From Nemertoderma westbladi (taxonomy: Eukaryota > Animalia > Xenacoelomorpha), in NCBI GenBank assembly GCA_032718475.1, contig JAUCBJ010004947.1, positions 1 through 36,385 of the forward strand: DNA of 36,385 nucleotides, written 5' to 3'. A program made the position numbers and the translations under genes. The notes beneath the pieces are model-generated. The model ran no database searches. It had not been told where the DNA came from and worked only from the letters and a program-made list of their open reading frames with translations. Positions 1 through 12,700 of this stretch are shown here, piece after piece (position 1 is the first letter of the stretch; the number at the start of each line of letters is the position of its first letter).

Positions 1-1630
1 GTCCTTTAAGATGCGCCTCATGAAAGTCATGGGCTGTCCACCATGCTTATTCTCTCCATGAGGGTGCCAAAGTACAAGATTATGCACTGGCTGGTCCTCA
101 CGGCGAAAGCAATGTCCTGCAAAGCGGAGGCGATTTTGTTCTAGTGTCAAGATTGGGGGAACCAATGAGACACCTCCAATGTTATATAGTGTCTCGTTGG
201 AGATGTGTGCATTGTACTTGACACAATGAATCCGGCGTAGCATTCTTGTGAATGTGCCATCCAGAGATTTGGTGTCAGCAGTTAGAGCCCAGCATGGACT
301 CCCATAGAGGAGTAGTGGAACTACTGCTGCTCTAAATAATCGGACCTTAAGTTTCTGATTAATTCTCGGTGACTTCCAAATCCTGGAAAGCCTATTCAAG
401 GCCGCCCATGCCTTCCACTTACGTATTCGAAGGTCCTCACCTGACTTCCGGATCCATGATCCCAGGTAACAGAAGTCGTCCACATGCTCAAGCATACCAT
501 CCTTTGAGCTTATGCTCATCCGATCAGAGACTTGCTGAGGACTTTCAAAGTTAACTGTCAAAATTTTGGTCTTTCTGGAGTTAATAAAAAGACCAACACA
601 AGAAGCAGCATGTTCTAATGAGCTGAGGAGCCGTTGGGCTCCCTCTAGTGATTCTGAGAGTACTCCTAAGTCATCAGCAAAGTCTAGATCAGTTAGGTAC
701 TTGGCAGGATTTCCTCGATTTCTGGAGCCAGTAGGTGGAGTTATCATCACCCCATCATCATTATGATGATCTAAGGACATGCGTAGAACATAGTCAACAA
801 CAATAATTATGAACAAGAATGGTGCAAGTGTGTCTCCTTGGAGGACGCCCCATAATACTTCAAATGGTTCTGTGTCACCGTCAACAGTAGACACAAATGT
901 TGTCGAACCATCGTATATTGATCTGATTGCTGCAATAATTTCATCAGGAATCCCATATAATGAAAGTATGCTGAACATACGTCAGCGAGAGACTGAATCA
1001 AAGGCCTTGAAAAAGTCAACAAAGATAACAGCCAGATGCCTGTCTTTCTTTTTTGATAACTCTTCAATTATCCTTCCAAGTGCCAAAATGGGTTCCATGG
1101 TCCCATGACCTTTACGGAACCCATTCTGATTTCCACGGAGCAGTCTCTCAATGGGATCCCTGATGCGATTTAATATAATTATATTGTATAGCTTTGCAGC
1201 AATCGAGATCAATGAGATTCCCCGAAAAGAACCATAGAGTGTTAGATTGCCATTCTTGGGAACTGGCACCAACTTATTTGTTTTCATTTCTTGGGGGACT
1301 CTTGTTGTTCGGTACATGTCTACTATGATGGGATAGATGAGCTTTAAACACTCAGGTATTTTAAAGACCTCAAGGGGAACACCATCTACTCCACTGGCAC
1401 GATTGGTCTTAATGCTCTTTGCCGCAGCCTTCACTTCTGCAAAGGAGATATCGCCAATGGGAATATCTGGGAGTACAGACTCAGACACTTTTACTTCTAT
1501 AAAGTTATCAGGCAATACCCTGTCATTATTGAGGAGCTTTTCAAAGTGGGCCTTCCAACCATTGAGGCGATCCGCTGGTGGTTGGTTGGCTTTTCCGCCC
1601 AGTAAGCAAGTTGATCGATTTCCATGCCTG
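1..1630 (-). mobile_element. 5'-truncated non-LTR retrotransposon (RTE-like LINE) reverse transcriptase region, runs off left edge
   Basis: Translation shows ASGVDG, LVPVPK, FRGISL.S..AK, QNGFRKG, FVDFFKAFDSV, GVLQGDTLAPFLF, FADD, F.YLGS, RLRFAGH; one in-frame TGA at 984-982. Confidence 0.93.
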
Positions 1631-1721
1631 GGATGATTGCCTGGGATCATTGATAGAAGCATAAAAAAAAATAAATCAATCAATCATCAACATCATTGAT
1701 GGAATCATTCCTTGGGCATCA

Positions 1722-2092
1722 TTCCTTTCTCACCTGTACATAAGGATGTCCCTTATTGGCTGTGCCGAACTGCCTTCCTTTCTCACCTGCAAATAAGGAT
1801 GTCCCTTATTTGTTGTGCCGAACTGCCTTCCTTTCTCACCTGTACATAAGGATGTCCCTTATTTGTTGTGCCGAACTGCCTTCCTTTCTCACCTGTAAAT
1901 AAGGATGTCCCTTATTGGCTGTGCCAAACTGCCTTCCTTTCTCACCTGTACATAAGGATGTCCCTTATTGGCTGTGCCAAACTGCCTTCCTTTCTCACCT
2001 GTACATAAGGATGTCCCTTATTGGCTGCGCCGAACTGCCTTCCTTTCTCACCTGTACATAAGGATGTCCCTTATTGGCTGTGCCAAACTGCC
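1722..2092 (-). repeat. 53-bp tandem repeat x7 = last 41 nt of PAPSS exon 8 + first 12 nt of the intron
   Basis: Units start at 1722, 1775, 1828, 1881, 1934, 1987, 2040; each contains CAG|GTGAGAAAGGAA. Confidence 0.97.
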
Positions 2093-2290
2093 GACTACAT
2101 CTCTCTTCCTTTCTATGTGGGTAGAACTCCGGATCCCGTAGTATCGCTACCGGGTTCCCTCTGTACTCCAATGTGATAGAAGAGGTTCCAGTTGATTCTA
2201 AACGTTCTTTATCTTCAGTGGAAACCGGTAGAACCAATGGAATCGATTGGTTGATTATCGAACCAGAAACCTGCTGTCTGGCAGGATTGC
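2052..2290 (-). CDS. PAPSS: PAPSS coding exon 8, ATP sulfurylase ([31 protein letters not shown]...[27 protein letters not shown])
   Basis: Acceptor cattctatag at 2291 is the only nearby AG in the right phase; donor AG|GTGAGA at 2051; S.P.VL, HRKEERC.RQ.GT and HPY motifs. Confidence 0.93.
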
Positions 2291-2884
2291 CTATAGAATG
2301 AATAGACCATAAGTTTACGCAATAATCTTATAGGGTTACATTGCGAGCAAAAGGGTAACATAGTGACCATATGTTCACATTACAATTAGGAAAACATTGC
2401 GGGGCTTAATTCACCTGGGTCCTTATGTTAGTAACATCACATTGAACTCCCTTTCTGGATTGCTCCCGATCTCGATGAAAGCTCATCGCCTGTGTGTGGG
2501 CACACTGTTACGAATCTTGGATTGCCCCCAACACCCCATTCCAGCTCAGTTGTCGTTTGTCACTGCTCAGTAATCTCTGCGCACGAGCGAGATATTGCGG
2601 AATAGTATCAGACTATACTGTAGCTTTTGCTCTCTACTCTCTGCCAAGCCCATTCGCAGCGGCAACATTCACCTATTCTAAGAAGGAGCTGGTTTATCGA
2701 ATCATACCTGGAGCACCCAGCAAGGGCGATGAGTGTTTTACAACGTTATATGAAACACCTTCGCTATCTTGATCTTCTCTTTGACTTTCGGGCAGAAGTG
2801 TGCTCGAATCGAGAACTGTTACAATGTTTAACTCTTTGGTAACTCTTCGGGATTAACCTTTTTTTATCTCTTTGCTTTTATACG

Positions 2885-2969
2885 TTTTATTTAACAACTG
2901 GTCTAGCTTTTTATTTAACAGCTGGTCTAGCTTTTTATTTAACAACTGGTCTAGCTTTTTATTTAACAG
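2885..2969. repeat. 25-bp tandem repeat, about 3.5 copies
   Basis: TTTATTTAACAACTGGTCTAGCTTT repeated. Confidence 0.85.
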
Positions 2970-3323
2970 TTTTAGTAATTGTCGCCTTGGGTGAATTAAA
3001 CAAAACTAACAATAATATCAGCATTGAGCAAAAAGAACAGTAGAGGACGTTACGCCGCTACTATACTGGGATGTTACGGCCATAACGGCTTCGTTTCACG
3101 AGCGAGTGAAGCGAGCGAAAGCAATAAAAGAAACTACTGGGCAGCGATTAGGTAGTCGCGCCTAATTGCTGCCAAGTTTCCTATTGTAGTAAATAAAATT
3201 ATAGGATTTTATTATAGGATTTAAAAGTTTGGAGGTGTGGGTATTGTATGCTCCCGGATTCGTGTTTATTTTGGAAAAAAAACAGCTCAGAAGACGCAGT
3301 GAAGAGTGAACATTGTTACTATC

Positions 3324-3988
3324 AACTGAAGAGTGAACTGAAGAGTGAACTGAAGAGTGAACTGAAGAGTGAACTGAAGAGTGAACTGAAGAGTGAACTG
3401 AAGAGTGAACTGAAGAGTGAACTGAAGAGTGAACTGAAGAGTGAACTGAAGAGTGAACTGAAGAGTGAACTGAAAAGTGAACTGAAGAGTGAACTGAAGA
3501 GTGAACTGAAGAGTGAACTGAAGAGTGAACTGAAGAGTGAACCAAAGAGTGAACCAAAGAGTGAACTGAAGAGTGAACTGAAGAGTGAACTGAAGAGTGA
3601 ACTGAAGAGTGAACTGAAGAGTGAACTGAAGAGTGAACTGAAGAGTGAACTGAAGAGTGAACTGAAGAGTGAACTGAAGAGTGAACTGAAAAGTGAACTG
3701 AAGAGTGAACTGAAGAGTGAACTGAAGAGTGAACTGAAGAGTGAACTGAAGAGTGAACTAAAGAGTGAACTGAAGAGTGAACTGAAGAGTGAACTGAAGA
3801 GTGAACTGAAGAGTGAACTGAAGAGTGAACTGAAGAGTGAACTGAAGAGTGAACTGAAGAGTGAACTGAAGAGTGAACTGAAGAGTGAACTGAAGAGTGA
3901 ACTGAAGAGTGAACTGAAAAGTGAACTGAAGAGTGAACTGAAGGGAGAACTGAAGAGTGAACTGAAAAGTGAACTGAAGAGTGAACTG
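3324..3988. repeat. 12-bp minisatellite (GAAGAGTGAACT) about 55 copies
   Basis: Near-perfect array with a few A/G variants; one detached copy near 3300. Confidence 0.98.
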
Positions 3989-4580
3989 CCACAGCAAGAT
4001 ATATCATAAATAAAATATTAACAAACGACGAAAGTTTCATGTATTTTTGTAAATAAACTTCGTCAGCATACAATTATTAAGAACTTTAAGATAATATTTT
4101 AGTTGGCGAAAGCGAGTTTAAAAGGAATTGTTTCCTTGACAACAAACAATGCGAATGGCAATCTAAGTGACCTATAACTGAAACTCTATTAGTAAAGACC
4201 TTGCCGATAGATATTATTGGGAGATTGTAATTATCAAATATTTTTATAATTACAATAGTAAATTAATTTCAAACAAAATATATTATTTACTATCTTTGAT
4301 ATTCAAAATAGTCAGTAACTGAAACCTACAGTTACGTAAAGGGAATTCTAAAATAAAAACAACTAAATTACCTTAAAACTAAAAAAATCATTGTAATATA
4401 ATATATAGATAGATATATAATATATAAAAAAATAACTTTATAATATAGAACAATCACCACAAGCATAAACCTTTGTTTTGTAAATTCTCAACCGCACCGC
4501 CATATACTGTGAATTTTATTACAATTCGGGTTTATTGAATAATAAACAAGCAAACATGAATCTTTAAAGTTATATGAAAC

Positions 4581-5841
4581 GGTATACAGACGTTTCGGCC
4601 TAGGACGTTTCGGTCCAGGACGTTTCGGCACGGACATTTCGGCCCGGACGATTCGGCCCGGACGTTTCGGCCCATGACTAACTGAATGAAAAGGCCAACT
4701 TGTTTGATATGATAATAATTATTCATTAAAATCATAATTATTTCACAATAACATACAAACACTTAATAAAATATCTTTCATGAAATGGCTATTTAATTTA
4801 CCTTTATTTCAAAATAAAATAAACATTAGGGAAGTGGTGCTCTGGTTCCATAGACAATTCGCCATCAATTATATTATGTGGCCGAAAAAATGCAAGTCAG
4901 AACAAAATTTTGGTCTCGAGTACCACATTGCTAATATACATAGTACTACCAAAATGAATCAATTTCACGAACCATGTAGGGCTTAAATCTCGTCTGATCG
5001 ATATATTTTGGAGATACTTCATTAACTTTAAACATTAGGCCTACTCAATTGATAATTCTTGTAGCTGGACAGTGTATTGCAGCTATGTCTTAATGATCTG
5101 TTGAAACAATAAATCTCATCTTCGATGGTAGATGATTTATACCCATAGATAACGACGTATAATGCTTTTATTAATTAATATTTTATTTCACGTCACATCC
5201 ACTCTGGTCCTTTTAATACGCATACATTTCATCTAAATTGAAATTTAATACGCATAATATATTTCATCTAAATTGAAATTTAATTCGCATATATTGTATC
5301 CCATTACATTCCATTTTTTAGCAATGCTCCTAGTGGAATATATCTTATCTATTATATTTTTAGGACCAACATTAAAATACAGTAATAATTTTAATTCGGT
5401 GTATTTTAATGTACTTTATTTATTGACTCATATTTTAAAATACGTATGTTTTTTTTATGGGGGAAACCCAATCATCATAATACTAAAGTTAATTTGTCAG
5501 CATATGTTATCTTTGTTCGAAGTTACAGTATGGTGTATATTTATATTAATAAATAATAATAATAATAATATTACATTAGTTATTATTTATAAATATAATG
5601 TAGAACTTCGATCTTGACGACTTTCAAACAGGTGCCGGAGCAGTTCCTACTGACAACTCCTCTTGTAACAAACGTAAAAAACTACATAACAAATATATTG
5701 AATAACTTATTAATTAATAGCTTATTTAAGGGAGTAAAGTGAGTCTTTGGGCCAAAACGTCCGACAAGCAAATCTTGTATTTCATTCCTTGGGCCGAAAC
5801 GTCCTAGGCCAAAACGTCTTAGACCGAAACGTCTGTTACCC
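4581..5841. mobile_element. Non-autonomous Mutator/MULE-like DNA transposon (1261 bp) with repeat-built TIRs and 9-bp TSD
   Basis: Left end GGTATACAGACGTTTCGGCCTAGGACGTTTCGG, right end reverse complement GGGTAACAGACGTTTCGGTCTAAGACGTTTTGG; flanking ATATGAAAC at 4572-4580 and 5842-5850; no transposase ORF seen. Confidence 0.8.
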
Positions 5842-6011
5842 ATATGAAACGGGTTTAGATATATCATATTCATATTCGTTTTGCAAATTTCTCGGGGGGG
5901 GGGGGGGGGGGGGGCAATTAATTGTCCATGGGGCAATAATTGTCCTGTCACGAAATCAACTACATAATAATATAATCAATAGATTAATACTAATAAATGC
6001 CAGTAACTCAC

Positions 6012-6237
6012 CTTCAAAAAGACAACCGAAGTGCAGACACTGTAGGTATTCCTTCTCCCTCATGAATCCGCTAACCGGAGTGGCCCAGCCCTCCGCGAGT
6101 ACCTGAACCCACTGGAGGTCGAGGGTGGACAGACGTAGAGACGGAAGTTGGCTGGCTTCCTCCTCATAGGAAGCAACCTCGCCATCTGGCACGAAGAGTT
6201 CCTTAACACAATCCCCAACGTTCTCGGGGAGAATTCC
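6012..6237 (-). CDS. PAPSS: PAPSS coding exon 7, linker and start of ATP sulfurylase ([17 protein letters not shown]...[37 protein letters not shown])
   Basis: Acceptor ttttttag, donor AG|GTGAGT; [25 protein letters not shown] motif. Confidence 0.97.
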
Positions 6238-6429
6238 CTAAAAAACATAAACAAACAAACAGATCAACCCAGAGGTAAGAACACTGAGAGGGATATGATA
6301 AGCCTGATTTTAAAAAGAACACTGTAGATATATGAATTGATTTGATTTTAAATCATTCTGCTCCAGATTAAATAAAAAAAACTAATAATATAAATTTTCA
6401 CATGAGGGTGAGGGGTGGGGGGGGGGGTA

Positions 6430-6575
6430 CTCCCCCATTTACTGCGGTGCTCATTTTATGAGCACCAGTTAATAGACCACATGGGAAGAAAGGTTGAGTG
6501 GACCCCGGGCGGGGCTCGAACCTACAACCAATAGATTGCGGGCCCGGCGCTCGACCAACAGAGCTACCCCACACG
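6430..6575 (-). mobile_element. tRNA-derived SINE (Pol III A/B boxes) with Deu/Nin-like core
   Basis: Minus strand GGGGTAGCTCTGTTGGTCGAGCG (box A) and GGTTCGAGCCC (box B), then GTCCACTCAACCTTTCTTCC...TAAAATGAGCACC resembling the recalled Deu/Nin core; no good cloverleaf. Confidence 0.65.
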
Positions 6576-6704
6576 TTCGACTCCACTCCCACCACATCAA
6601 CTAATTCCATCAAAGATTGATTGAGACATTTGCCACGACAGTTGATACGGGACACTAAATGATACTGCTACGTTAAGAATCATTCGTTGTATGTGGCTCG
6701 CCCC

Positions 6705-9700
6705 ACAACGATAATGGACACATTCACTACACTAACCTCTTCTTGCAATAGAACAACGATATTCTGGACACATTCACTAACCTCTTCTTGCAATAGAACA
6801 ACGATATTCTGGACACATTCACTAACCTCCTCTTGTAATTAGAACAACGATATTCTGGACACATTCACTAACCTCCTCTTGCAATAGAACAACGATATTC
6901 TGGACACATTCACTACCCTCTTCTTGCAATTAGAACAACGATATTCTGGACACATTCACTAACCTCTTCTTGCAATAGAACAACGATATTCTGGACACAT
7001 TCACTAACCTCTTCTTGCAATAGAACAACGATATTCTGGACACATTCACTAACCTCCTCTTGTAATTAGAACAACGATATTCTGGACACATTCACTAACC
7101 TCTTCTTGCAATAGAACAACGATATTCTGGACACAATCACTAACCTCTTCTTGCAATAGAACAACGATATTCTGGACACATTCACTAACCTTTTCTTGCA
7201 ATTAGAACAACGATATTCTGGACACATTCACTAACCTCTTCTTGCAATTAGAACAACGATATTCTGGACACATTCACTACCCTCTTCTTGCAATTAGAAC
7301 AACGATATTCTGGACACATTCACTAACCTCTTCTTGCAATAGAACAACGATATTCTGGACACATTCACTAACCTCTTCTTGCAATAGAACAACGATATTC
7401 TGGACACATTCACTAACCTCTTCTTGCAATAGAACAACGATATTCTGGACACATTCACTAACCTCTTCTTGCAATTAGAACAACGATATTCTGGACACAT
7501 TCACTAACCTCTTCTGGCAATAGAACAACGATATTCTGGACACATTCACTAACCTCTTCTTGCAATTAGAACAACGATATTCTGGACACATTCACTAACC
7601 TCTTCTTGCAATAGAACAACGATATTCTGGACACATTCACTAACCTCTTCTTGAAATAAAACAACAATATTCTGGACACAATCACTAACCTCTTCTTGCA
7701 ATAGAACAACGATATTCTGGACACATTCACTAACCTCCTCTTGCAATTAGAACAACGATATTCTGGACACATTCACTAACCTCTTCTTGCAATAGAACAA
7801 CGATATTCTGGACACATTCACTAACCTCTTCTTGCAATAGAACAACGATATTCTGGACACATTCACTAACCTCTTCTTGCAATAGAACAACGATATTCTG
7901 GACACATTCACTAACCTCTTCTTGCAATTAGAACAACGATATTCTGGACACATTCACTAACCTCTTCTGGCAATAGAACAACGATATTCTGGACACATTC
8001 ACTAACCTCTTCTTGCAATTAGAACAACGATATTCTGGACACATTCACTAACCTCTTCTTGCAATAGAACAACGATATTCTGGACACATTCACTAACCTC
8101 TTCTTGCAATAGAACAACGATATTCTGGACACAATCACTAACCTCTTCTTGCAATAGAACAACGATATTCTGGACACATTCACTAACCTCTTCTGGCAAT
8201 AGAACAACGATATTCTGGACACATTCACTAACCTCTTCTTGCAATAGAACAACGATATTCTGGACACATTCACTAACCTCCTCTTGCAATTAGAACAACG
8301 ATATTCTTGACATATTCACTAACCTCTTCTTGCAATAAAACAACGATATTCTGGACACAATCACTAACCTCTTCTTGTAATAGAACAACGATATTCTGGA
8401 CACATTCACTAACCTCTTCTTGCAATAGAACAACGATATTCTGGACACATTCACTAACCTCTTCTTGCAATAGAACAACGATATTCTGGACACATTCACT
8501 AACCTCTTCTTGCAATAGAACAACGATATTCTGGACACATTCACTAACCTCTTCTTGCAATAGAACAACGATATTCTGGACACATTCACTGACCTCTTCT
8601 TGCAATAAAACAACGATATTCTGGACACAATCACTAAGCTCTTCTTGCAATAGAACAACGATATTCTGGACACATTCACTAACCTCTTCTTGCAATAGAA
8701 CAACGATATTCTGGACACATTCACTAACCTCCTCTTGCAATTAGAACAACGATATTCTGGACACATTCACTAACCTCTTCTTGCAATAGAATAACGATAT
8801 TCTGGACACATTCACTAACCTCTTCTTGCAATAAAACAACAATATTCTGGACACATTCACTAACCTCTTCTTGCAATAGAACAACGATATTCTGGACACA
8901 TTCACTAACCTCTTCTTGCAATAGAACAACGATATTCTGGACACATTCACTAACCTCTTCTTGCAATAAAAAAAACGATATTCTGGACACATTCACTAAC
9001 CTCTTCTTGCAATAGAACAACGATATTCTGGACATATTCACTAACCTCTTCTTGCAATTAGAACAACGATATTCTGGACACATTCACTAACCTCTTCTTG
9101 CAATAGAATAACGATATTCTGGACACATTCACTAACCTCTTCTTGCAATAAAACAACGATATTCTGGACACAATCACTAACCTCTTCTTGCAATTAGAAC
9201 AACGATATTCTGGACACATTCACTAACCTCTTCTCGCAATAGAATAACGATATTCTGGACACATTCACTAACCTCTTCTTGCAATAAAACAACGATATTC
9301 TGGACACATTCACTAACCTCTTCTTGCAATAGAACAACGATATTCTGGACACATTCACTAACCTCTTCTTGCAATAGAACAACGATATTCTGGACACATT
9401 CACTAACCTCTTCTTGCAATAGAACAACGATATTCTGGACACATTCACTTACCTCTTCTTGCAATAAAACAACGATATTCTGGACACATTTACTAACCTC
9501 TTCTTGCAATAAAACAACGATATTCTGGACACATTCACTAACCTCTTCTTGCAATAGAACAACGATATTCAGGACACATTCACTAACCTCTTCTTGCAAT
9601 TAGAACAACGATATTCTGGACACATTCACTAACCTCTTCTTGCAATAAAACAACAATATTCTGGACACATTCACTAACCTCCTCTTGCAATTAGAACAAC

Positions 9701-12700
9701 GATATTCTGGACACATTCACTAACCTCTTCTTGCAATAGAACAACGATATTCTGGACACATTCACTAACCTCTTCTTGCAATAAAACAACGATATTCTGG
9801 ACACATTCACTAACCTCTTCTTGCAATAGAACAACGATATTCTGGACATATTCACTAACCTCTTCTTGCAATTAGAACAACGATATTCTGGACACATTCA
9901 CTAACCTCTTCTTGCAATAGAATAACGATATTCTTTCTGGACACATTCACTAACCTCTTCTTGCAATAAAACAACGATATTCTGGACACATTCACTAACC
10001 TCTTCTTGCAATTAGAACAACGATATTCTGGACACATTCACTAACCTCTTCTTGCAATAGAATAACGATATTCTGGACACATTCACTAACCTCTTCTTGC
10101 AATAAAACAACGATATTCTGGACACATTCACTAACCTCTTCTTGCAATAGAACAACGATATTCTGGACACATTCACTAACCTCTTCTTGCAATAGAACAA
10201 CGATATTCTGGACACAATCACTAACCTCTTCTTGCAATAAAACAACGATATTCTGGACACATTCACTTACCTCTTCTTGCAATAAAACAACGATATTCTG
10301 GACACATTTACTAACCTCTTCTTGCAATAAAACAACGATATTCTGGACACATTCACTAACCTCTTCTTGCAATAGAACAACGATATTCTGGACACATTTA
10401 CTAACCTCTTCTTGCAATAGAACAACGATATTCTGGACACATTCACTAACCTCTTCTTGCAATAGAACAACGATATTCTGGACACATTCACTAACCTCTT
10501 CTTGCAATAGAACAACGATATTCTGGACACATTCACTAACCTCTTCTTGCAATAGAACAACGATATTCTGGACACATTCACTAACCTCTTCTTGCAATAG
10601 AACAACGATATTCTGGACACATTCACTAACCTCTTCTTGCAATAGAACAACGATATTCTGGACACATTCACTAACCTCTTCTTGCAATAGAACAACGATA
10701 TTCTGGACACATTCACTAACCTCTTCTTGCAATAGAACAACGATATTCTGGACACATTCACTAACCTCTTCTTGCAATAAAACAACGATATTCTGGACAC
10801 ATTCACTAACCTCTTCTTGCAATAAAACAACGATATTCTGGACACATTCACTAACCTCTTCTTGCAATAAAACAACGATATTCTGGACACATTCACTAAC
10901 CTCTTCTTGCAATAAAACAACGATATTCTGGACACATTCACTAACCTCTTCTTGCAATAAAACAACGATATTCTGGACACATTCACTAACATCTTCTTGC
11001 AATAAAACAACGATATTCTGGACACATTCACTAACCTCTTCTTGCAATAGAACAACGATATTCTGGACACATTCACTAACCTCTTCTTGCAATAAAACAA
11101 CGATATTCTGGACACATTCACTAACCTCTTCTTGCAATAGAACAACGATATTCTGGACACATTCACTAACCTCTTCTTGCAATAAAACAACGATATTCTG
11201 GACACATTCACTAACCTCTTCTTGCAATAGAACAACGATATTCTGGACACATTCACTAACCTCTTCTTGCAATAAAACAACGATATTCTGGACACATTCA
11301 CTAACCTCTTCTTGCAATAGAACAACGATATTCAGGACACATTCACTAACCTCTTCTTGCAATTAGAACAACGATATTCTGGACACATTCACTAACCTCT
11401 TCTTGCAATTAGAACAACGATATTCTGGACACATTCACTAACCTCCTCTTGCAATTATAACAACGATATTCTGGACACATTCACTAACCTCTTCTTGCAA
11501 TAGAACAACGATATTCTGGACACATTCACTAATCTCTTCTTGCAATAAAACAACGATATTCTGGACACATTCACTAACCTCTTCTTGCAATAAAACAACG
11601 ATATTCTGGACACATTCACTAACCTCTTCTTGCAATAGAACAACGATATTCTGGACACATTCACTAACCTCCTCTTGCAATAAGAACAACGATATTCTGG
11701 ACACATTCACTACACTAACCTCTTCTTGCAATTGAACAACGATATTCTGGACACATTCACTAACCTCTTCTTGCAATTAGAACAACGATATTCTGGACAC
11801 ATTCACTACACTAACCTCTTCTTGCAATTGAACAACGATATTCTGGACACATTCACTAACCTCTTCTTGCAATTAGAACAACGATATTCTGGACACATTC
11901 ACTAACCTCTTCTTGCAATTAGAACAACGATATTCTGGACACATTCACTAACCTCCTCTTACAATTAGAACAACGATATTCTGTACACATTCACTAACCT
12001 CCTCTTGCAATAAGAACAACGATATTCTGGACACATTCACTACACTAACCTCTTCTTGCAATAGAACAACGATATTCTGGACACATTCACTACACTAACC
12101 TCTTCTTGCAATTGAACAACGATATTCTGGACACATTCACTAACCTCTTCTTGCAATTAGAACAACGATATTCTGGACACATTCACTAACCTCTTCTTGC
12201 AATTAGAACAACGATATTCTGGACACATTCACTAACCTCCTCTTACAATTAGAACAACGATATTCTGTACACATTCACTAACCTCCTCTTGCAATAAGAA
12301 CAACGATATTCTGGACACATTCACTACACTAACCTCCTCTTGCAATTAGAACAACGATATTCTGGACACATTCACTACACTAACCTCTTCTTGCAATAGA
12401 ACAACGATATTCTGGACACATTCACTCACCTCTTCTTGCAATTAGAACAACGATATTCTGGACACATTCACTAACCTCCTCTTGCAATTAGAACAACGAT
12501 ATTCTGGACACATTCACTACACTAACCTCTTCTTGCAATAGAACAACGATATTCTGGACACATTCACTAACCTCTTCTTGCAATTAGAACAACGATATTC
12601 TGGACACATTCAATAACCACTTCTTGCAATTAGAACAACGATATTCTGGACACATTCACTAACCTCCTCTTGCAATTAGAACAACGATATTCAGGACACA

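Noticed and set aside
2440-2860. Balanced-GC segment with short ORFs
   Set aside because: No recognisable motifs or splice pattern; possibly an old repeat but unassignable.
3162-4073. (SELK)n / (HSSV)n ORFs
   Set aside because: Stop-free 12-bp minisatellite open on both strands; flanks look non-coding.
6495-6575. Functional tRNA gene
   Set aside because: A and B boxes present but anticodon and acceptor stems pair poorly, and it runs into a SINE-type core.
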